Shown in pieces: positions 25,254 to 35,318 of a stretch of DNA of 64,000 bases (the stretch's first letter is position 1; each line of letters opens with the position of its first letter). A program made the translations under genes and the position numbers. The stretch lies in IMG/VR virus record IMGVR_UViG_3300046170_000505. One strand, written 5' to 3'. Source of the stretch: a virus. The notes beneath the pieces are model-generated. The model saw nothing but the letters and a program-made list of their open reading frames with translations. It was not told the origin of the DNA and did not search any database.

Positions 25254-27271
25254 TTCTTTTCTAATTCTTTTACTCTTTTACTTAAGTCTTTTACTGCTTC
25301 CAATAAGAAAGGAACCAGTTTTGTGTAGTCTACTTTAAAGTATCCGTCTTCGCCTTTTTTAACTGCGCTAGGAATAACCTTTTCAACTTCTTGAGCTATA
25401 AGACCTTGGTCTTCGCCTGATTTATTAGATTCTTTTTTCCATTCGAAATTAACACCTCTTATATTTTCAAGAAATTTTATTGGTGATTGAATAGGAGAAA
25501 TATTTGTTTTTAAATTAATATCAGAATCAACAAAAGTAGGCTCTGAATTAGCCGCAGGTTTATCGAGTTTCTTATCTAGTTCGGTTTGTAAACCACTAAT
25601 ATCTCCTATAGTAACGCCCCCTGAGCCTGAGCCTGAACCTGCGCTAGCCGCAGCTCCAGTAAGTATTTTGTTACCTCCCCAATAAAGCACTGAAGAAACG
25701 GAGTATAGCTTGTTTGTTGTAGTTGTTGGAGCAGAAGCAGTATTGTTTAACTTTATTGCGCCATCGGATTCAATAGTCATTTTATCAGACCCATCAATAT
25801 CAAATTGAATTTTTGAATTTGCTACATTGTTCCCCTCGTCAGCTTGTAAAAGTAAAACTCCGTCATTTGTTCGAATATCGCTATAATTAGAAACAGAGGC
25901 TTCGTCTTTTAAACGAATTGTAGGATTTTCTTCTTTTATTTCCAATTTAACGTCAGGACTATCTGTTCCAATCCCAACCTTGCCGTCGGAGTCTATGCGC
26001 ATTTTTTCTGTAAATGTAGAAAGTGATCCACCTCTAGTCCAAAATACCAAGTCCGCTTTTCGTGAGTTTGCCGTACTGTCCGAGCATACTGCACCGATGT
26101 TTGCCATATCTTCTGAGGTGCTAGAGGTTTTAGGAACCCTAAAGTTTATAAACGGCCCAATGTCTGCCGTTCTCGCAACTCCTTTAGTTTCTAAAATTAA
26201 GTTTGCTCCGCTACCTGCATTTAAAACGCCATAACTATCTGTTTCTATTTCCAACTTAGCGCTAGGACTCGTCGTTCCAATCCCGACCTTGCCGTTTCGG
26301 TCAATACGCATTGCTTCTATTAATGGATCGCCACTTGTACCGCCTTGATGTACCTCGAAAGCTAGTCCTACATTATTTGAGTCCACATCGGTCTGTACCG
26401 CTGTAATTGCCGCGTGTTTACCTCCTGCTCCTGTTAGAGCGGTAAAAGCTACCGAGCCGCCTTTATTACCACTTCCTTCTGTCGTATTACTTTTAATTAA
26501 TAAACCGACTTGACTAAAATCGTTTGTACTAAGTGAGTATGTACCCGCATCTGTTTCTACAGCTAACTTTGCATCAGGACTCGCCGTTCCAATCCCGACA
26601 TTTCCTCCATTATAAACTATATCACCAGAAGAGTTTCCATCTACCCACTTTCCTCCCTGACCTTCAGTTAAAATCTTAGAACCATTAAAGTATAGACCGT
26701 CAGATTTTCTATAAATTTTTCCATCTGTTGGTGCTGGATCACTAGCTACCTCATTAAAGGTTACTGGATTCGTGAACGTTGTAGGTCCACCAAAATTAGT
26801 AAGCCCAGTAAAAGTTGTAATTCCGCTTAAAAGACTTGTGCCTTGCGCATTAATTCCACCAAGAGTCGTAATACCTTGGGTTACAGAGAGGCTTTTATCT
26901 ATAACCACATTTTCTTTCAATGATATTCCATCATCGGTAACCTTTATTTGTTCTTTACCTCCTTGTTTTATAACGACTGGAGGCTGAGTTGCTAAAGGTT
27001 GTCCATTTTCGTCTAAAATCACATCTCCAATCCCTACGTCAATACCGCCTTCTTCATTTTCAGAAACAGGCGGAGAGCTTCCTATTGTCGGTAAAATAGC
27101 TTTTCTAAGCTGAGAGATAGTGGTTTTTACAGTTATCCTTGGATTAAAATCGTTAGGGTCTTCTGATTCTCTTTTGACATCATTTTCATTAAGCGATAAA
27201 GCTAAATAACTATTGTCTGTAACAGTGTTATCTTCAGTAGAGTCGAGGTTTCTAATTTTTATTGTTTGCAT
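25250..27271 (-). CDS. tail fibre with C-terminal intramolecular chaperone (peptidase S74-type)
   Basis: Repeated GNVGIGTxSP / MRIDxxGKVGIGT; SDINLKTNI...GLIAQEVEKVIP...VDYTKLVPFLLEAVKDL. Confidence 0.85.
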   Translation of the reverse strand: MQTIKIRNLDSTEDNTVTDNSYLALSLNENDVKRESEDPNDFNPRITVKTTISQLRKAILPTIGSSPPVSENEEGGIDVGIGDVILDENGQPLATQPPVVIKQGGKEQIKVTDDGISLKENVVIDKSLSVTQGITTLGGINAQGTSLLSGITTFTGLTNFGGPTTFTNPVTFNEVASDPAPTDGKIYRKSDGLYFNGSKILTEGQGGKWVDGNSSGDIVYNGGNVGIGTASPDAKLAVETDAGTYSLSTNDFSQVGLLIKSNTTEGSGNKGGSVAFTALTGAGGKHAAITAVQTDVDSNNVGLAFEVHQGGTSGDPLIEAMRIDRNGKVGIGTTSPSAKLEIETDSYGVLNAGSGANLILETKGVARTADIGPFINFRVPKTSSTSEDMANIGAVCSDSTANSRKADLVFWTRGGSLSTFTEKMRIDSDGKVGIGTDSPDVKLEIKEENPTIRLKDEASVSNYSDIRTNDGVLLLQADEGNNVANSKIQFDIDGSDKMTIESDGAIKLNNTASAPTTTTNKLYSVSSVLYWGGNKILTGAAASAGSGSGSGGVTIGDISGLQTELDKKLDKPAANSEPTFVDSDINLKTNISPIQSPIKFLENIRGVNFEWKKESNKSGEDQGLIAQEVEKVIPSAVKKGEDGYFKVDYTKLVPFLLEAVKDLSKRVKELEKN

Positions 27272-27304
27272 GGCTTTTCCGTCTATTTAGATATACACTT
27301 AAAA

Positions 27305-28285
27305 TTAAGCGCCGCTGATATCCATTAGATCTTTCATGGATAAAGAGCCACCTTTCTTTTTTGCAGCCTCTGATAAACTTACCCCAGTGTTTTGCTGCAT
27401 GCCCAATTCTTCCATATCTTCTTTAGTTGCTCCGACTATAGTTGAAGCGCCTTTATCTCCTGAGAATTTTTTCTTCATATCTTCTCTTGCTTCAGAAGAG
27501 TTTGCAAAGTCAAGAAGAGCCTCGGGGTCTTTTTTTATTTTCTCAGGAATATCTTCATTCATTTCAAAAACGTTCTTAAATATTCTAGTATAAACAATAA
27601 GATTTAATTGAAAATTAGTAAGGTACATAATTGGCTTACCAAAAAAATCGTTAGACGTTTCGCAAAATGCAAAATAAATTCTATAAAAGTCTTGCAAAAC
27701 TAAATTCTGTATAGATAGTTCGCTAAATCTTTCGTGAAAATTATTATAATGAGAAACTAAAGATGAAACTTCAGAAGCTTCTGCGTATTCGTATTCTTCT
27801 TTAGTGTAAAGAGGTTCCTTAAAGGATTTGTCTTTATAAAAACTATTAACTATATAAAAATCATTAGCTCTATTTAACGCGTATGATTCGCAACTGTTAG
27901 CTGTCAAGCCGCTTTTTTTATTTCTTAAAGAGTTTAATTGATCTTCAGCTTGGGAGATTTGTTTGTTGATTTGTCCAAGCGCGCTTTTTAAAACAATATT
28001 CTTTTTATTTTTAACTAAATTTTCTAAATAAAAAGATTGAGATTCAATTTCAGAATCATCTTCATCTGTCCAGATACCTTCAGACTTTAAATCTTCAAGT
28101 ATTTCTTTTTCAGAAGGAAGACCTCTTTTTTGAGCCATTGATGAATAAGCTTCATATACATCATCAAAGTCAACTAAATCAGAATTAGACTGGTGTTTTA
28201 TTAATACTTTTTTTTCGCCTATAAAATAAGCAGAAAAACCATCAGATATTTCTTTTAGAAGTTTTCTATAACCCTTGAGTTCCAC
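27305..28285 (-). CDS. hypothetical protein (possible tail assembly chaperone)
   Basis: 326-aa helical ORF in a minus-strand operon. Confidence 0.6.
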   Translation of the reverse strand: MELKGYRKLLKEISDGFSAYFIGEKKVLIKHQSNSDLVDFDDVYEAYSSMAQKRGLPSEKEILEDLKSEGIWTDEDDSEIESQSFYLENLVKNKKNIVLKSALGQINKQISQAEDQLNSLRNKKSGLTANSCESYALNRANDFYIVNSFYKDKSFKEPLYTKEEYEYAEASEVSSLVSHYNNFHERFSELSIQNLVLQDFYRIYFAFCETSNDFFGKPIMYLTNFQLNLIVYTRIFKNVFEMNEDIPEKIKKDPEALLDFANSSEAREDMKKKFSGDKGASTIVGATKEDMEELGMQQNTGVSLSEAAKKKGGSLSMKDLMDISGA

Positions 28286-28288
28286 TCA

Positions 28289-29050
28289 TCAGGCTAATTC
28301 AGCGTCAAGTTCTTGTTCTAAATTTTCAAAATCTTCTTTCGCAGGATTTTGACTAAAATACCAAAAACTAACAAAGGTCATCAATTTTTCTTTTGCCAAA
28401 CCAAAAATTTCATCTTCTGATTCTTCTAGTTCATAATAGGAATCTTCTTTTTCTTCTGTAGACTCGCCAGCAAACAAAGGTATTTCTTCTTCGTCTTGCT
28501 TAATAAAGCACAGGTTCAGCATGTACCATAAGATGGCTCTGTTTTGAGCTTTAGTGTCGGCAGTATGATTAAAAAGATTTTGATAATTAGTTTCTAGATC
28601 AACTATCTCTCTTCGAGTGTTAGCGAATGTCTCGGTAAGTTCAGACTCTTTCTTCTTTTCGTTTTCTGTTTTCTTTTTTTTCTGAGACAATTTTGCAAGA
28701 GCGTTTTGAGTTTCACCGAGTTCTTTATAAAGACGAATAAGCTTTTGAGAATCTCCTTCTGTCAATAACCCTCCAGTATCGCTATATTTTTTAGCTAACA
28801 TAGCTTTTGTTAAAATACCTTTTTTGATGCATTTACTCATCTCAATGCTAAATTCCATATCTGCGTCTTCTATTTGACGCCTGGAAGGCTGGTAAATAAT
28901 AACATTACTGGGGACAGGCTTCTTGACCACCTTGCTAGTGGTAACAGTTTCCATTTCTCCAGTTTCTTTATTTTTGCGTTTAGAAGTCTTTTCTTCTTCT
29001 ACTTCCTGTTCAGTGCTTACAGTGAATTGGTATATAATTTTTTTATTCAT
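28289..29050 (-). CDS. hypothetical coiled-coil protein (possible tail assembly chaperone)
   Basis: 253-aa ORF, AAGGA RBS. Confidence 0.6.
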   Translation of the reverse strand: MNKKIIYQFTVSTEQEVEEEKTSKRKNKETGEMETVTTSKVVKKPVPSNVIIYQPSRRQIEDADMEFSIEMSKCIKKGILTKAMLAKKYSDTGGLLTEGDSQKLIRLYKELGETQNALAKLSQKKKKTENEKKKESELTETFANTRREIVDLETNYQNLFNHTADTKAQNRAILWYMLNLCFIKQDEEEIPLFAGESTEEKEDSYYELEESEDEIFGLAKEKLMTFVSFWYFSQNPAKEDFENLEQELDAELA

Positions 29051-29079
29051 TTATCCTTGTTCCTTTTGTTATAATAAGT

Positions 29080-29364
29080 TTAAAACTTAAAACTTATAGT
29101 AAAATTTTCAAAATTGTTTTCAGATTCTCTGATACTCTCGTTGCCCATGTCAAGAATTTTCTTTCTCAAATATTGCATTTTATTATAATCAAAATAGTCA
29201 GCTTGATCAATTAAGCTGTGATGACTATCAGGAAGAGCTTTTTTTAATTTTTTAAAATTTATAGTATGCTCGTTTTGCAGATCTTCGACAAGGGTCAAGA
29301 AAGACTTAAAAAGTAATTTTGTGTTTTTGCTGTATATTGCGTTGATTGCTTTACGTGCATCCAT
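29080..29364 (-). CDS. hypothetical protein
   Basis: 94-aa ORF; TTGAAA-17-TAATAT promoter upstream. Confidence 0.7.
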   Translation of the reverse strand: MDARKAINAIYSKNTKLLFKSFLTLVEDLQNEHTINFKKLKKALPDSHHSLIDQADYFDYNKMQYLRKKILDMGNESIRESENNFENFTISFKF

Positions 29365-29430
29365 GTTTTATATATTAATAGAAGTTGCTGTTTTTTTCAA
29401 TAAACTATTATCATTGGTGTATATAACTAT

Positions 29431-29880
29431 ATGTCCTCTTTTTTATCATCTGCGCAGAAACAACAATTTGAAGCAGTCATGCAAAGAATGCATGAAACTT
29501 TTTCGCGCACAATATTCGCTTATAAAGATTCTAAAAAAATCATCGTAAGCATGGATCCAAATTTTAATTTTCTTTATAACAACGTAAAAGGCGTAAAAAC
29601 AGCTCTGCATAGAACTCAATTTAAAACTCTAAACGCTAGAGTTTTATACATGGATAAACAAAACGAGGTATCATTCGATTCTGAAGTTGATAGTACAGTA
29701 AAGCTTCACCACGATATAGGGGAAGTAAGAATTAAACTAGATTCTGAAGGTTATGATTATTTCAAAGACGCAAAAAGAGTAGAGATAGACGGAAGATTAA
29801 TGTTCAAAGTGACCGATGTGAAAAAACATGGTTTATTTAGGCCTAAATTTTTCACCTACTATTTAAGGCCAACTGATTAA
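29431..29880 (+). CDS. putative head-closure/neck protein
   Basis: Beta-rich 149 aa in the neck position; GTGTATATAA at 29417. Confidence 0.5.
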   Translation: MSSFLSSAQKQQFEAVMQRMHETFSRTIFAYKDSKKIIVSMDPNFNFLYNNVKGVKTALHRTQFKTLNARVLYMDKQNEVSFDSEVDSTVKLHHDIGEVRIKLDSEGYDYFKDAKRVEIDGRLMFKVTDVKKHGLFRPKFFTYYLRPTD

Positions 29881-30497
29881 TGAGCGTTACGCTAACAATA
29901 GATCATAGAGTTTTAGGAAAACAAGTAGTCAATTCTTTAGCCTCACTTAATAATGCAACGCAAATTAGAAAAAGCCTCTTTATAGGAAATCAAAGCATTG
30001 ATCAAGTATTTGAAAAAATGAAAAAAGAAATGATAAAAGATTTCTTAATGCACCCCGTGACAAGAGAAATATCAGCAGGCCCAAGCTCTTCTAATATTAG
30101 TGGAACATTAGGAGGGTATGGTAATCTTTTTTCTTTTATTGGTTTTAATAAGGGGGATGACCCTATATCTCCAATAATCAGCTTACTAAATCAAAGCCAT
30201 GTAATAGTATCAAGATTCAATGCCAGAGGTTTCTTAAGAATAACTATAGAGCTTCCTTCTGCAAAGGAAATATTTTCAGCAACCCCAATGCCATGGGCGA
30301 CTGGATTAAGTTGGGCTCAAAGAATTGAAATGGGTATTTCTGGATACCCAAAGTTTATAGCGAGAAAAGATAAAGGAAGATCAGGCGGAGGAATACAGGC
30401 CGAAGAAACTTTATTTACTGGAAGATTTCAAAATGTTAAGTATATTTCAAATTTTATAGCTTTATGGGAAAAAAAATTCCAAAAAATATTTAAATAA
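29880..30497 (+). CDS. putative neck/tail-completion protein
   Basis: Position; basic 205-aa ORF. Confidence 0.45.
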   Translation: MSVTLTIDHRVLGKQVVNSLASLNNATQIRKSLFIGNQSIDQVFEKMKKEMIKDFLMHPVTREISAGPSSSNISGTLGGYGNLFSFIGFNKGDDPISPIISLLNQSHVIVSRFNARGFLRITIELPSAKEIFSATPMPWATGLSWAQRIEMGISGYPKFIARKDKGRSGGGIQAEETLFTGRFQNVKYISNFIALWEKKFQKIFK

Positions 30498-31402
30498 TGA
30501 TCCCTCAGTTCCAGCATGAAGCCAATACTAGTTTTGCACTCTGGTTAGATTATTATATGTCAACAAAAGCGCAGGCTTTCTCAAACAAAGAAGTTGAGCT
30601 ATATTATACACCAGACGAGAGGCTTCTTCAGTACCCAGAAGACCCACTTGGGTTTACAACTTACAGCAGCGAATATAAGCAATGGGTATATGACCAAGAT
30701 ATACCAGGCGCTCAAATACCAAACGGAATTCATATTGATACTGGAAATGGATACGAATTTTGCGCTAGAGGGCAAAGTGGATTAATGATTGATTTTGATA
30801 ATGGAAGAGTATTGCTTGACGGGGATCAATTCCCAAACAATTATAAAACTTTACAAATCAAAACTGATGTGTCGGTAAAAGATGTAAACGTTTACTTGGC
30901 AGACGACACAGAAGAGAACCTTGTTATTCAAGGAAAATATAATATTAATAGCAGAACTACCCCCAACTACGGCCAAGGGGTTGGGATTGAACCTTATGAT
31001 CATGTCGCTCCAGCTGCATTTGTTTCTATGGAAAGCTCTAGAAATACTCCTTATGCTTTTGGAGGAGAGGATCTTACAAGATTAAATTATAGAGTGATTT
31101 TATTTGCCGAAGATCTTTATCAACTTGACGGATTCATGTCTGTGTGTACCGATGCAAAAGAGTTAGCTATAAGAAATTTAGGTTATGATAATCATCCTTT
31201 TGATAATTATGGAGACTTAAAAGAAGGTTCCTACAGTTATAGTGAAGCGGTTAAAAACTGCCAACACCCTGGACCGTTAATGTTTATAGAAGATGTTCAA
31301 GCCTCTAAAATTAGCGATAAATCTAACAGAACAAACAATCCAGATCTGTATTTAGGGTTCATTGATTTTCAAGTTAGCCAGGCAAGATTTCCAAGAAGTT
31401 AA
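30497..31402 (+). CDS. putative tail terminator protein
   Basis: Position immediately before the tail tube gene. Confidence 0.45.
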   Translation: MIPQFQHEANTSFALWLDYYMSTKAQAFSNKEVELYYTPDERLLQYPEDPLGFTTYSSEYKQWVYDQDIPGAQIPNGIHIDTGNGYEFCARGQSGLMIDFDNGRVLLDGDQFPNNYKTLQIKTDVSVKDVNVYLADDTEENLVIQGKYNINSRTTPNYGQGVGIEPYDHVAPAAFVSMESSRNTPYAFGGEDLTRLNYRVILFAEDLYQLDGFMSVCTDAKELAIRNLGYDNHPFDNYGDLKEGSYSYSEAVKNCQHPGPLMFIEDVQASKISDKSNRTNNPDLYLGFIDFQVSQARFPRS

Positions 31403-31477
31403 AAAAATATTTCCCAATAATCAAAATGCAATGTAATTCTATACAAACATTTACCTACAAATTAGGAGAAAAACAAA

Positions 31478-33807
31478 ATGGCAGTACATAGAAATCGAGT
31501 AATTTATCAATCTGAAGCATTATTTATAAGTCCAGACGCGACTGGATACCATTACACTGGAGCTAATGGTGAAACCGATCTTGCAAACGGTTCAAAAATA
31601 AACGGAAGCTTCGGCTTAGTGACTCCCCCAATCAATGCTACCCAAGTAGTTGGTGGAAAAAATAACAAAGGCCAAGCGGCTGGATGGATGTGTGGTGACA
31701 CTTGGCCAAAATGGACCCCAGATGGAGAATCCCTCTTGAAGGCAAAATTTGATAATACTGTTGATGTTGATAGCACAACTATTAACGTAACTGTCACCGC
31801 TAAGGTTTTTGACGGACAAGATTTTAATTTTACAAGTCTTGCACGTCCAGCAGATACTCTTGGCCAAGAATTCCCAGCTGCAGACTTTGACGTTACTGGA
31901 GATCCTGCAGGTGACTCAAGGCTCCTTGACGCTATTATCGATAACAATGAAACAATTCAAAGTAACAATGCGGCTGCACATACTGCTTCATCTATAGCTA
32001 TTCAAGGCATAACTTTTGACAGCTGTACCCTGACACCACAAGCGCCACAGGTGGTTCTGATGGTGACAAAATCAGTATCGAACTTGCTGATACTTTAACC
32101 AACGCAGCTGACCCAGTTATCGTAGATGTTACTGGTACAACTATTGTTATCAATATATCCGCTGGTAATACTCTCCAGTCAGCTATTGTAGCCGCTATCG
32201 CTGCTTCCGTAGATGCATCCGCATTGGTTGGTGCTGTTGCTGCCAATCTTAACAACAATGTTCCCGCAAATGGTGCAGTAAGTTTACAGAATGGTGCTGA
32301 CGGAACACTCGCTTCGGTACAGGTTGCTCAACTAGCAGTTGACGACAGGACGGTTGGACCTATCAAATTAGAAGCATCAAATTTTGGTGTCATTGGTAAT
32401 ACAATAACACTTACTGGAGACGGAGCAGGTGATATCGATACCTTGGTTGCTGCTTACAACGCTGCTAACACTAACAATACTATTGATATAGGTAGTGTAG
32501 TAGGCGGAACCATTGTGCTTGATCAAAATCAAACAATTACTTTGTCAGGCGGTAGCGAAGGAACGCCTAAAGATCACGGTTCAATTGTTAAGCAGCTTAA
32601 AAGAATTCAATCTGCAAACTATGGTTTCACAATTAATCGTCAGGACATTAATCAATTTGGACACGCGTCAAGGCTTGACAGCGTAGTAGTTGAATCTCCT
32701 ACAGTAAACCTTGATTTTTCTTATTACCTTCTTGATGGTTTTAACGAAAGACAGCTTGAGTTTGTAACTAATGGTTCGGTGAACACCCTTAGTGGAATGT
32801 TGACTCCTGAGCTTTATCAGGCAGGAAATAACTTTTTCATTCTTACCGCTCCAGAAGCTCGTGACGCAGTAAAAGGAGATGTTAATCTTAACGAGCAAGG
32901 CTTAGAGGATACTAAAAGTGTTATCTCTTTAGGTAATGGTTATATTACTGATTACTCAGTTGATATCTCTGTAGGTTCTATCCCAACCGTAAGTGTTACG
33001 GTTGAAGGCATGAATATCCGTAGTGATTTTGGAACTACTGGTAACGATGTTCCAGCAATGAATATGCGTGATGGAAGTCGGGTAAGTGATGCTTGGGGAG
33101 CAGATAATGATCGTACTACATGTCATGATACATGCACTGGGCTTTACTCTTTGCCAGCTGCTAAAAGCGGATATACTGGATGCCAAGATGATATCGCTGC
33201 TCTTCGCCCAGGCGATGTAGTGGTTGACCTTCAAGGAAAATCTTTAATCTCTAAATCTACTTCTGGAGACGGAAGCTCACCAGTTGTTGGAAGCGCTCAT
33301 ATCCAGTCTGCAAATATTTCATTGCCCTTGGCAAGAACTTCCTTGCAGCGTTTGGGTTCAGTATTTGGATTCTCCAAAGCTATTGATCTACCTCTGTCTG
33401 TAACCGTTAGTGTTAATGCACTTCTTTCGGATCTTAAAAGAGGGAATATGGTTGATCTGCTTTGTGATTGCGAAGAATTTGAAGTTTCAATTTCATTGTT
33501 CAAGCCAGACTGCAACGGTTGCATAACCAAACAAACTGACTTAGCAATGAAATACACCATGAAGGGTGCTCGTCTTGAATCCGAAAACTTCAGCAGCACT
33601 ATTGGAGACAATAAATCTGTTGACCTTACTTTCACTACTCAAATTGGAAGCTCTGATGATATGGTCAGGGGTCTTTATATTTCTGGAATGGAAGCAGGAA
33701 GCTCAGAAACCAACAAAGGAATCCCAGGATTCCCTCCTGCCTGGACGGGTATTGGTGGACAAACTACTGGCGCAGCCGATGGATACTTGTTCGGTTACCG
33801 CGAGTAA
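31478..33807 (+). CDS. major tail tube protein, split by a frameshift near 32015-32030
   Basis: N-terminal RNRVIYQSEALF and downstream QLKRIQSANYGFTINRQDINQFG align with contiguous motifs of paralogue 33874..35316; second frame open from 32020. Confidence 0.75.
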
Positions 33808-33833
33808 TTTTTTTAATTAAAATAATTTAACTA

Positions 33834-33867
33834 AAATACACCACAGTCTTCGGGCTGTGGTGTATTT
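33834..33867 (+). terminator. stable hairpin with cUUCGg tetraloop after the tail tube gene, overlapping a late promoter motif
   Basis: AAATACACCACAG-TC-TTCG-GG-CTGTGGTGTATTT. Confidence 0.75.
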
Positions 33868-33873
33868 ATATAT

Positions 33874-35316
33874 ATGCCAGGAACAAGGAATGCGATAAGA
33901 TACAATTCAGTTGGGGTTTTTCTTACTGAATCTCCTGCGCATGACCCTAAAGACGAAACTATAAAGTTTCTGAATAGAGTGCAGTCTGCCGCTTTATCTT
34001 TAGATATTCAAAGGCAAAATGTACAACACATCGGTAGCGATAACTTTTTAGATAGAAAAATAGTTTCTGCAGCCTCAGTAAACTTAAACTTAGAATATTT
34101 ATTAACTGACGGATACGAAGAAGACGTTCTGGGTTTTAACCTTAATGGGTCTCCTATAATATACACCGAAGAATTTGGTGTCATAGATAGGCCAGCAAGC
34201 GACAGAAAGTATGGCAGCTTACACAATAATATTCAAGAAGACAAAACCGCTTTTTTAGTAGTAGGAGAAGAACATTTTGATTTGACTGGCTACGCTAATA
34301 GAGAAAATGGATATTCTGGATTAGACGTTATTGGAATAGGAAATTGCTTTGTTACAAACTACTCAGTTTCTGCAAGCGTTGGAGATTTCGCAAAAGCCTC
34401 TATTGATATTGTAGCTTCTGATATTACTTACGACTGCATTGGTTTTGGCGAAGAAGGGCAAGGAGAGAAATTCCAACAAATATCAGATAACATTCAAGCT
34501 GTGTTATTAGAATCTGAAGAAGAAATAGAAAATTTAGCAATCCTTGAAGACGGAGGGAAAATATTTCTTGAAGAATCAGATTCTTTTGAGATAAGAAATC
34601 TAGGGGGAGTCGACCCTCCTTCTATGGATTTAAAAAATTACGCTACACAAAGAACAGATTCAGGTTTTATATTTGATCCAAAAATATATAAAGCAGCAAC
34701 AATGGCAATACCGCCAGGAGGAATTTCTGTAAACGTTAAAAATATAAACGTAGGAGGCCCAGTTTTAAGCGACGAGAATTTATCTGAATGTTCTAAAGGT
34801 TACGCTCATATACAAAGTTTTGACATAAATATACCTTTTGAAAGAGAAAATCTTGAGGGGTTTCAATCCATGCATGTTTTTGGGAGAAAAATAAAATACC
34901 CACAAATAGGTACGATTTCATTTTCTATAATTTCTAGCGCTTTTGAAAAAGGTAAATTTTCAGAAATATTCTGCGATGATGAAATTTATCAAATAGAAAT
35001 AGATTTAAATAATCAATGCAAACTAAGTTGTTTGCCTGTTTGGGCAAAAGATACAAACATGAAATTCACTATATCTAATGCAAAATTAGATAGTTATACA
35101 TTAAATGAATCGATAGGTTCATACGCGACATTTGATTGCAGTTTTTCTTTTGATATAAGCAAGAATAGAGGAATTTTTATAGACGGAACATTTGAAAATA
35201 GCAGGCTTGAAAAATGCGGGCCAGACATGTTATCTTCGCCTAGAAACATGGAAGTTTCAAACGTTACTCCTTTGGGAGAAAAAGATACGCCAACCAATAT
35301 AGGTATAGTTGAATAA
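33874..35316 (+). CDS. tail tube-like paralogue (minor tail protein)
   Basis: Shares RVQS, L.Y.L.DG.E, GNCFVTNYSV, AHIQS, AKLDS motifs with the major tube protein. Confidence 0.7.
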   Translation: MPGTRNAIRYNSVGVFLTESPAHDPKDETIKFLNRVQSAALSLDIQRQNVQHIGSDNFLDRKIVSAASVNLNLEYLLTDGYEEDVLGFNLNGSPIIYTEEFGVIDRPASDRKYGSLHNNIQEDKTAFLVVGEEHFDLTGYANRENGYSGLDVIGIGNCFVTNYSVSASVGDFAKASIDIVASDITYDCIGFGEEGQGEKFQQISDNIQAVLLESEEEIENLAILEDGGKIFLEESDSFEIRNLGGVDPPSMDLKNYATQRTDSGFIFDPKIYKAATMAIPPGGISVNVKNINVGGPVLSDENLSECSKGYAHIQSFDINIPFERENLEGFQSMHVFGRKIKYPQIGTISFSIISSAFEKGKFSEIFCDDEIYQIEIDLNNQCKLSCLPVWAKDTNMKFTISNAKLDSYTLNESIGSYATFDCSFSFDISKNRGIFIDGTFENSRLEKCGPDMLSSPRNMEVSNVTPLGEKDTPTNIGIVE

Positions 35317-35318
35317 AA

